A stretch of 64,000 nt of DNA from the human T2T-CHM13v2.0 reference genome, Homo sapiens. Under the pieces are notes generated by a model that was given only the letters and a program-made list of their open reading frames with translations, had not been told where the DNA came from and ran no database searches. Of the stretch, positions 54,238-64,000 are shown piece after piece; positions within the stretch are counted from its first letter, which is position 1, and each line of letters starts with the position of its first letter. Location of the stretch: NCBI RefSeq assembly GCF_009914755.1, contig NC_060940.1; one strand, written 5' to 3'. Position numbers and translations under genes: made by a program.

Positions 54238-57200
54238 GCCGGGCTGGGCTTTCTCAGGCCCCGGCTCTTTCTTCCCTCCTCCTCCGCCTCCCTTTCTCTC
54301 TGCCTTGCCCCGCCCGGGCCACTGCCCCTGGGGACACGGGTGGGGGACCAGCCCACTGGCCCTGGCTCCAGAGAAGGGGCAGGCTCAGGGCAGGGGGAGG
54401 ATCCAAGGGAGCCCGAAGAGGTGGCCAGAGCTGGGGGGCTGCCTGGAGGTGGTGGCAGATGCAGCAGCTGCCCGGCCAGGGTTCCCCCAGCAGCCCAGGG
54501 ACCCTACCACAGTCTGACAGATTTTGGCATTCTGCTCGGTGTCTGATGGTGGCTTCTCACGGTGCCCAGAATAAAACCCCAGCTCCCTCCAAAGCCTCCA
54601 GCCCCCTGCCTCCCCGCCACCCGCCTCCTCCCATCCCTGGGCCGTGCAGGGCTCCGTCCCACTTCGGGGGGCGGGGGGCTCTGTCTTCAGCGCTCTCTGC
54701 CCGGAGCTCTTCTCAGTCACAGGTAAAGGTTAGCCTCTGAGAAGCCCTGGTGACCACCCTGTCTGAAGCCAGCCCCCACGCCAGCCCGCCCTTCTCCATC
54801 CTGAACACTGTCCGAGCCTCCGCGGCATCCTCCATTCCCACACATAGGATGTTCATTTGCTCCGCTCTTAACGCCCCTGCTGCAGAACCCCCAGGGCTGT
54901 CGGGAACCCGCATCTGGGGCCTCTCTGCCTCCTGCAGAGCCTCCCAGCCTCTGTTCACAGCAGCTCTTCGAGACTGATGAGTCCATACTCGTTGGCCAGA
55001 TGTGTAAACCAGGACCTGGGCAGCCCCTATGCCCAGAGCCAGTCGCCAGCTAGATTCCACTTGGCCCTGAATGGCAGCTGACCTGAGGCCCGTGCTGGGA
55101 CCATGCAGGGACAGGTCTGGCTGCTCTCTGCCTCAGTTTCCCTACAGGCCTGTGCTTGATCCTGGCAGAGCTTCATAAACTGTGAAGGGCTGTGCATTCG
55201 TGTTGATGGGGATCTGGTCAGAGGGAGCCACAGCTCCGGGAGGAGCCATGCCCGATGCCAGCCCTGCACCAGAGCAGGCGAGGCAGGTGGACGCTCCCGT
55301 GGGGTGTCGAGGGTGCCCTGGCTTCAGCCATGCAGTGGGCACCTGGCAGGGCCCAGGCCCTGGGGGGCCATCAGAGGGGAGGGTGGGCACACACAGGGAC
55401 CATGGTGAGGGCAGGAGCGCACGCGATGGGAGGGAAGGTGTGGGACCGGGAAGGGCCTCGCTGAGCTGTGATCCTCCTATGACGTGGAGCCAGGAGGAGA
55501 AACTGAGGCCAGCAAGGGGAGAGACCAGACCTCGGGCCTGGAAGCTGCACAGACCTGTGTCCCAATCCCACCCAAGTAACCCTGAGCAGGGGCAGGGGTC
55601 CGGGGGGGGGAGCACAGCCAAGAAAAAGGGAGGAGGAGGAGGGGAGAGCGAGCTGAGGCCTGAGAAAGCCCAGGTCCTCTCTCCTGACTGTGAGGACCCC
55701 AAGGACAACGCCGGGTACAGGGCAGGGCTCGGGAAAAGGGTGCAGGCAGGCTGCTGGGTCAGCACACCTGGATCTGTGCTATCTGTGTGGCCACCCCGAG
55801 GCTCGCTGGCCACTGCCCACTGTCTGCTGCCTACCACTGTTAGTTCCTCTGCTTAGGGAGGGGCTGGGCTCAGAGGAGCCCCAGCATTGCCTGCAGCCGA
55901 TGCTGCCTGGGACGCACGCGTGCAGGAGGACCTGGGCCTACCCTCGGCCCCCTGGACGGCTGCTCAGCCTGGACACCATTCGGCCAGAGGCTGGGCGTGG
56001 CTGTGGGCCCAGGGCAGTTAAGCCCACCAGGTCCACCCCTCGGTTACTGGGTCAGCCACAGGAAGAAGTGGTGGGGCTGAGGGGGTGTGGGTGCAGAACC
56101 CCCTCCCAATGCTGGTGCCCCATGACCCTGAGTCTCATCCCTCTCCTCGTGGTGCCCCCACACCCACCCAGGCCTCAGACCCCACAGGGGCAGGTAGCAG
56201 GGCACCTTGCCATGGGCACCTTCGGCCAACCAGGTGGGACTCAGCCTGGCTCACCCACCCCAGGGTGAGCAGGCTGAGACCCGAAGGCCCCTCGCGGGAA
56301 CCAACCAAGCCTCCATCCCTCTGCACAGCCTCCCTGCTGGGGGAGCCCAGGATGACCTAGCCACACCCCCCTCCAAGCCAGCCACACCCCACCAGCCTGT
56401 TTCCAGGCCCTGACCCTTCCCGTGTCCATCAGCATTTGCTGGGTACCTACTGTGTGCCGGGCACCGTTCCAGATGCTGGGGGTGCGGCCGTGAGCATACG
56501 TGAAGGGAGGGAGAGAGGGCCGCCAAGTGGCAGGGCGGCCATCGTGGGAACTGGGGAGGGCTGAGGGAGGGAGGGGAGAGGGCCGAGCAGGTGCCTGCTG
56601 GAAGTTCTGGCAGAGAGGGCAGCCAGGGCAGGGCCATTTTCGGAAACCAGGTGGGAGCTGGGTAGGGGTTTGGCTTTTGCTCCGAGATCCCCGGGGGCCC
56701 ATGGGAGGCATTTCAGCAGAGGAGGTGAGGGGTTGGGGGCTGCTTAGTGAACATGACCACAAGGCCAAGTGTGGCTGGGGAGGCAGGGAGACAGTTCTTC
56801 ACACAGCAAGTGTGTTGTGGAATCCAGGCTGTTGGCACCGAGGGAGGGACTCGACTTGAACATACATACGATGGGGGCCAACCTGAGCCAGGGAGGGCTT
56901 CCCAGAGGGGCAGGGAAAGGCAGGGAATTTGAGGGCCCGAGATGGTCAGAAGCTAAGCCGGTGGCCTGAGGGCTTCCCACTTCTGGCCCGGGACCGCTTT
57001 TGGCTGCAAGACCCTGGCCCCCCAAGGGCAGTGCTTACGCTAGACACACAGTGTGATAGCGATGGAGAGAAGATTTGGACGTGCGCACGCCCGTGCGCCG
57101 GGTCCCTTCTCCACACCATCGCAGACCGGGGCCACGCAGACCTTCCCCGCAGCCCTGAAAGTGAGTTCTGGTCTCTGCCAGCCCGGCTTCCCTGCCTTCC

Positions 57201-57568
57201 ATGAGGAAATTGGAACATGGACATAGAGGGAACCACAGGAGAGGAGAGGAGGGAGAGAAGCGGGCACAGTTCACATGAGTGCCGGGAAGGGACAGCTGAG
57301 CAGCCACGTGGGCTGGGCGTGTGGGCTTTGGCCTGTGAGGGCCCCGGGTCAGCGGAGAAGGGCACGGGGAAGGTGGCTGATGCTAGAAAGAGTAAGATTT
57401 TCAGTGACTCCTTTCAGACTCTTGAAGAGAAGCAAGCACAGATTTGGGTCACCGCGGTGTGTTTCTTTGCCTGAGACTGGGCCAGGTGGGGCCCTGGATT
57501 TTATTTGGGCTGCGTGTTACCACCATACCCATTTCCAGCAAACTTTCCTGCCTTTAAAAGCCAAACAT

Positions 57569-57804
57569 GGCTGGGTGCAGTGGCTCATGCCTGCAATCCC
57601 AACACTTTGGGAGGCTGAGGTAGAAGGATTGCTTCAGTCCAGCATGGTGGCATGAACCTGTGGTCCCAGCTACTCAGGAGGCTTAGGCCGGAGGATCGCT
57701 TGAGTCTAGGGGTTTGAGGATACAGTGAACCGTGATTGCACAGGCACACTCCAGCCAGGGCAACAAAGCAAGACCCCGTCTCAAAAAAGAAAAGAAAAGA
57801 AAAG
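57569..57804 (+). mobile_element. AluJ-like element with an internal deletion across the left-arm end and linker
   Basis: ggctgggtgcagtggctcatgcc...aggattgcttcagtccag joins directly to catggtggcatg; J-type right arm; (GAAAA)n tail. Confidence 0.88.
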
Positions 57805-59715
57805 CAAAACCAAGAGAATGCTTATGGGGATGCAGTTGGTTGTATGTGAATTCCATCTCAATTGAATATTTATAAGGCTCTCACTGGGAGTGAGTCAGGG
57901 CTCAGGGCCCCTGCACAGCAGCCACCTACTTGAGCCTGGGGACATTCAGTTCAGCAGCAGCTCCCCAGGCTTGGCCTGGAGGGCGTGTTGGGCTCTGAGG
58001 CTGCTTCAGTGGGCTTGGCCCTCCTGGAGCCCACAGCCTGAGGCCGACCTCGGAGGGGAGAACAGGGAGAACAGACCTGGGGGTGGGTGGGTCTGGGACT
58101 CAGAAGAGGCACGAGCTCCCCATGGCAGGGTGTGTGGGAGCTCTGTCTGTCTGCCTCTTGGTGGAGCCGCTCAACCGCCATGTCTCCCCTGCCCCAGGCC
58201 CGCTGGCACAGTTGAGGGGCAGGACCGATGGGGGAGGGTGTCTGGGCCCAGAAGGCACAGCCCGGGTGGTGGGCTCAGGCCACGTCCCCAGCCTGCCACG
58301 ACTCTCTGGGACCCTGGAGGTTCAGCCACGTGCTCCTGCGCTGGTTAGGGCTCTGCTCTAGTAAGCCGCACCCTCACCGGCATCCGCTTTTGTGGTTGCC
58401 CTGGCTGACAGCAAGTGCTGATCCCGAACTGAGGAGCTGCGGGTGGGCCAGGGGTGGGGCTGCTGCAGGGCACTCTTCCCGCCTGGGCCTCTCATAGCCC
58501 CCGAGGGCCTCTTCATTCTTCATCTCCATCAGCGTCTGCGTCTACACAGCCGTTCCTGTGTTCTTTCTTTAGCACCTGGTGCCGGCATCCCTGTAAGGGG
58601 TCGCTGTCACGGTTGCCCGTCCTGCCTCCCGCAGGGCTCACTGAGCTGCTGTTGCGGGCCCACAGAGGCACACATGCCCCCTCCCAGTCCAGCCGGTGAA
58701 CCAGTGTGACCTACAAATAAACGAGGCTCCGGCAGAGCTGGGGTGCTGGAAGGGAGGCCTGGACCATGGGGGACGGACCTAGGCTGGGGGAAAAAGCCTC
58801 CGCCAGAGGGATGAGGAGGCCTCAACTGCACATAGAGGCGAGGGTTCCCGTAGAGGGGGCAGGGGGTGCTGAGGCCCCAAGGCAAGGGCGGCAGGGGAAG
58901 GAGTTGGGGGCCAACCTGAGGACCCATGGGTTTAAGAAGCCAGGTGACAAATGCTACTCGAGGGAAACGGGGGTGGAGACTTCCCCGGGGGCCTGGACCC
59001 CACATGGCAGTGGTGGCTCCGGGCCACACCGGGGTGATGGGTTGGACGTGAAGGAGGCTCGAGGCTCCGAGGGCGTGTGCCGAGCCTGGGCTCCCCAGTG
59101 GGTAGGTGGGTAGGCACAGAAGGCGCCGTCTGCTCCGGGCTCTCCCAGGCTCTGCGCCCACTCCCTCAGCTGCCCTAGTGCCTGGAAGTCAGTCTGGCTG
59201 CTTGATGGATTGCGCGTGAGGTACTGGCCACTTGGTCCTGAGGGTGTGGGCGGTGAGTCCCGAGTCCCAACCGCGGGGCCGGGCTCCCCACGCAGGTGGT
59301 GCTGGGCTGGTGTCGCCAGCAGACCCCACTTTGATGGCGGGGCTGGGCTGCTGCTACCACTGCTCTCTGTGCTTCGGTTTCCCTGCTTGGCGAGATTCAC
59401 GGGATGAGAGATGCTCCTAGCTGGGCCAGGGGGTGTGGACAGCATCAGCCACTCACCAGGGACCTGGGAGGGCGCCGCTTGGCTGGAGGTCATGCTGTAG
59501 ACTCAACTCGGGTCAGCCTGGGGGACCCAGGCCCTCTGCAATGGCTCACCACGGCCCCCAGACCCAGCCTGGGCCCCAGTCACCTTGCGCTCCCATAGCG
59601 TGGCCTCAACAGAGCGAGCGGGGCCGTCCCCGTCTCCTCTCTGTCCCCACCGTGGCCCAAGCTGCCCGCTGCCCAGCTGGTGGGAAAGTCTGAATCTGTT
59701 GCTATTTTCTGTCTG

Positions 59716-59732
59716 TTATCAGGGCCTTATCT
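59716..59732 (-). promoter_or_regulatory. Tandem GATA pair
   Basis: TTATCA 59716 and TTATCT 59727. Confidence 0.55.
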
Positions 59733-62700
59733 GGCCGCTGTGTGCCGCCAGAGGCCAGGTTCTCCCTCCTGGCAATGCTGTGACCCCCCCCCACCCACCT
59801 GCTACCCAGGGCCAGCAAGACCAGGAGGCCAGCCCTGGGGGTCTTTCTCTTCTGCCTCCCCAGCCCCACCCCTCTCCCATCTCCCCATCCCATCCTCTGC
59901 CCCGACCTGTGCCCCTCTCCGCTCCCCTCCCCGTCCCTCCCTCCCCCCCGCTGCCACCCCCGCAGTACTTCCTCCCCCAGCCCTGGCCTTCACCCACTCA
60001 CACCCCCCGCCGAAGGAGGAAGATGGGGCACGTCCCTGCAGAGTAGAAACAGTGACAGCAGCTGTGGTGACAACCTCACATCTGCGCCCAGCGCCCACTG
60101 CCAACACCTGGCTGAGTCCTAACGCCAGCCTTTGGCAAGACAGTTTGATCCGCTGAAACCAGGCTCAGGGAGAAGCCGCCTGCCCTGTGCCAGCCTCAGC
60201 TCCTGCTGTTCCTTTCTCCTGGAGCGCTTTTCCCTGGACCCGGTGCTGGCAGCCTCCTCCTCTCCCCATCCAGATTGCCACCCACTTGCTACTTCCTCCA
60301 GGAAGCCTTCCTGGATGGCACCTCTGACTCTTTCCTGTGGTGCTCACACTGGCATCTTCCACTTTTTGGGGGATGGGGCTGGTCACTGCAGGATCTCTGG
60401 CACCTCGTGAGGGTGGGGCACGCCAAGGGCTCAGGAAGGGGAAAGGAGCCAGCGAAAGCGAAGGAGGAAGAAGTGAGTGTGTGAGGGGACGGGTGAGTGA
60501 GGGAGCGGATGAAAGAGTGAAGGAAAGAGCCGTGGTGCTGGTGGGGGAGGAGCGGGGCCGTGTGGCTGCCAGTGGTCACCCGCCCCACCAGCTGCTCACA
60601 TGGGGCCTGGGCAGGCACCTGCACCTCCACTTCCTCCCCTCTAGACCAAGAATGAGAGAACTCCCAAGAGAGGCCAGCATAGGCGCCTGTGTCCCCTGCA
60701 GGCACCCACTGGGGACTTAGGCTCATCTCAAACACTGAGCCGGAGCAGGGTGCTCCCTGGGCCAGGGCCCTGGTTTTCAGAAGGCTTGCCCAAGGTCACA
60801 GAGCCAGGGGCACCGCAGGGGCCTCCCCAGGGGCCTCAGACTCCTCATCCACAGCCCCCATCTGCGCCCCACCTGGCATGTCCACCCTGGGGCCCACAGT
60901 CTGGGGGATGCCCCCCTCTCCTCAGCGACTGGCTCCAGCTTTCCGCAAGACAGTCGTTCAAAGGAGCCCCCCAGCGCCTCGCCATCAAAGCCGGGAGGGG
61001 CCACCTTAATCGTCGGTGTGGGGACTTGGAAGGGAGCTGGGATCATCCCGCTGCACAGAGCCAGCTCCATAATTCAGTTTTAAAGCATGAAAAAAGGGAG
61101 TTGATGAAATTCCGCTATCAGCGCCAAGCCAATATGCAAAATATCTCACCCCCAATCAAATAGCTATTATGTTTTCATTTCCATTTCGGCGTCCGGCTTA
61201 ATGAGCAGGAGACGGATGGGCGCACGGGTGTCTGCTGGCTGTGATAACCAAGGGGCTCCGGGCACCACAGGGGCTGAGCCCAGTGCTGCCCTGGCCGCCA
61301 ATGACCACAGCCATAGCCCGTGGACACCTCCAGGCAGGTGCAGCCTTGGCCACTGACCTCTGCCAGGCCAGGCAATGGGGCTGACATCACCCTCACTGCA
61401 GGTGGTCCCAGGGCGAGGGAGGCGTGGGGTCCGTGTCTGGCTCGGGGAAGGGCTACGTGCTGGGTGCAGGTCTGAAACCCAGCCCCAAGTTCCTGTCCCA
61501 CCACCCCCACCCCCACCACCGCTGCCTCCTCGCCGGGGGCCGTGGACAGGGCAGCTCGCAAGTCGGCCTTGCTGGGCCTTGGTTTACTCACCTGTAAAGT
61601 GGGAATGACCTGGCTTCCCACTGTGGGTATTGGGATGTGGTTGGCGAGTGGGATTTCCACGATGGCTGCCCCCAAGGTCCTGCTTACGCTACTCCACTCC
61701 ACCCTGCCACAGCCGTCACCGAGTCCCCGTACTGTCCTCATACCCCCTCCTCCATGCACCCTGTCCCCCTGCACTTTCCTGACCGCCCCTACCTGCTGAG
61801 GTCTGTGTGGGCTGCCACCCTCTACACCCCAGGTTCCCCATCTGAAATGAAATTGGAAGACCATCTCGCTGGACTACGTGGGTGGGGGCGGTTAAGGGTG
61901 GGCATTTGTAAAGTGCTGAGCACCGCCCGTCCAGTCTTAACCATTCACACCCTTGCCCATTTCTCAAAACCTGTGCTAGCCACAGTTCATGTTCACTGAG
62001 CACCTGCCCTGTGTTGAGCTCTGAGGACGCGGGCAGGCTGCACGTTTCATCTCCTGAAGTGGGAGCTGCTGTGGCTTCCATCTGTAGACCGGGAAACTGA
62101 GCACAGAGAGTGGAGTGACTTGCTCGAGGTCACACAGCAAGGACGCAGCAGCTGTCAGCCTGCCTGGCCGTGGGTTGGCCTGCTCCAGCTGTTGGCATCA
62201 CTGGGCAGAGAGAGGGTCCCCAGAGAGGCTAGGGGGGTTCTTTGCTAGCCCCGGGCATGGGGAGAAAGCAGCAGAGAGCAGCTGTGGCTCACAGATGCCC
62301 CCAGCCACTGGGGGCCCAAGTGCTCTGTCGCCCACCTGGAGAGTCCCCACGGACCCCAGGTGGGCCACAGACGAGACCGGTGCTGACTTAGGGGCTCGGT
62401 GGGGACCAGGCAGCTGCTCTCAGACACCGAGGCAGGCCCAGGGCAGCATCCACCTCGACACATCCTATTTGTGGGCTGACAGTTGTCTCCTGCATTATCA
62501 GAGCCGTTTTAATTGTGCTGGAACTGAAATTAGCCTGGCAGCCTCTTTCTCCACGCTCATCACCACGGCTTTGTGTGGAGCAGGAGCCTTTGTTCTTGTG
62601 TAAATAGGAGAACCCATCACCATCCCAGCACCTCCCTGGGTGTCTGAGGCCCACCTGGGTGGGGTATGGAGAGCCAGCCCACCTTCCTGAGGCTGCAGCA

Positions 62701-63316
62701 GGTATGCACAGGGCTGTGTCTCCTGTGGGCCCCAGCCCCAGTGCTCTGGTCCCCGAAGTCCCTGAAGGCAGGTGGCCTCCAGCCCATTTGCCAGAGCAGG
62801 TCACTGAGGCCCTGATGCCCTACAGCTGCTCAGCAGGAGGAAGCACAGCTCCTGGGCAGCCCCTCCCAGCTCCATGCCAGCCACAGAAAGCCCGGGCCTC
62901 TAGAAGGGGGAGGAGCCGGGCTGAGCTGATCGTTCCGCGTGCTCCCGCCAAGTCGGGGATGGCCGAGCACCTCCTGACCTTCTGGATGGCACTGCCTGCT
63001 CAGGGCCGACCCCAGAGGTGGGGAGGGGAGGCCTCGGTGGCTGCTTTTCTGCCCTGGCGTGTGCTGAGGGAGGGCACTCGGGTTGGGCCTCCTGTCCCAG
63101 GGGCAGGAGTTGAACCGGTCAGGGGTGGCCCAGCCTGCCCTGGAGCCTGCCCGTGTGGGCGCTTTAATGGGAGGCTGTGAGCCCTCGCCTGGGGCTGGCT
63201 CCTGTGTGGTCTGAGCCCAGCCCCCTCCTATAATTACAGCTCTGAGGTGCTCTGAGGAGGCCGGGACTCATGGGTCCCAGCTAGAGCCCCAAAGGCTGCA
63301 GCTAGGAGAGTCCAGC

Positions 63317-63400
63317 CTGCCCCTCCTGTCCAGGACCCCCCATGGCTCCCCGGTGGCACCTGCCCCTCCTGTCCAGGACCCCCCATGGCTCCCCGGTGGC
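63317..63400 (+). repeat. ~43-bp tandem duplication
   Basis: Two copies of tgcccctcctgtccaggacccccc..atggctccccggtggc. Confidence 0.85.
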
Positions 63401-64000
63401 CCCAGGATGAGGGTCCCCTCCTCCCCGTGGCCTCTGAGGTCAGCACGGCCAGGACCCTGCCTGCCCTCAGCCTTGACTGCCAGCACACCCTGGCCCCCGA
63501 CCTCCCCTTCCTCCACCACCTCTGGCCCCGCCCCAGGGCCTTTGCACATATGGCCCCCTCTGCCAGAGCTGTCTTCTCAGGGGCTGGTCTCACAACAACC
63601 ACTGTTCCCTCCGAGATCTACCGGCGGCAGCCCCTCCCATCCCCGTGTTTTTCTGTCTTTCTCTCATGGCCCCTTCCCTCACTGCACTTCCAGAACTTGC
63701 CATTGTTTTCGGCCGGGGCCCATCTGTTGTTCTCTGACTGTCCCCACAGTGGCCCGGACACCCAGGGCAGTGTTCAGCGATCTGGTGCACCCCTGCATCC
63801 TGGAACGGCACCTGGCACCTAGCCCTCGGGTGTCAGCAGAAGGCAGAAAAGGCATCTGCCCCTCCAGGAGCAGTTTGGTTTGACGGCATCAGCCAGCCAC
63901 AGCCTGCTCATGATCAGAGAGGGGGCTGGAGTCCAAACGCGCAGAAAATCCACCTTCCCGCCTCCCTGCTGCATGGAACGGCGGGGTCAGCCTTGGACAT

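Overview
GC-rich human genomic DNA (16q24.2 region, recognised from the encoded proteins) with two + strand genes. ZNF469 is present as a probable 65-nt non-coding exon (4769-4833), a terminal exon starting at 7307 that carries the whole 3953-aa CDS (7433-19294), and a 3' UTR to about 20740. ZFPM1/FOG1 is present as a CpG-island promoter and coding exon 1 (33627-33666, MSRRKQSNPRQIK), followed by more than 30 kb of intron 1. That intron holds MIR5189, several GATA-motif clusters, many VNTRs and Alu/MIR repeats. Several ZNF469 codons match alleles I recall as non-reference, so this is probably not the GRCh38 haplotype. There is no prokaryote-style novel system here. The best leads are regulatory and isoform features: (1) an in-frame uORF with strong Kozak AUGs that stops 18 nt before the ZNF469 start; (2) a BCL11A/SALL/ZFP64-like CCHC finger in ZNF469; (3) an 84-nt in-frame GC-AG exitron or RT-artefact segment; (4) a phase-compatible alternative ZFPM1 first exon, plus a uORF and an in-frame CUG, any of which could remove or mask the FOG1 NuRD motif; (5) five conserved-family miRNA 8mer sites in the ZNF469 3' UTR; (6) a near-consensus CTCF site between the two genes. 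Most short ORFs in the supplied track are GC-content or repeat artefacts. Repeat family calls were made by eye.
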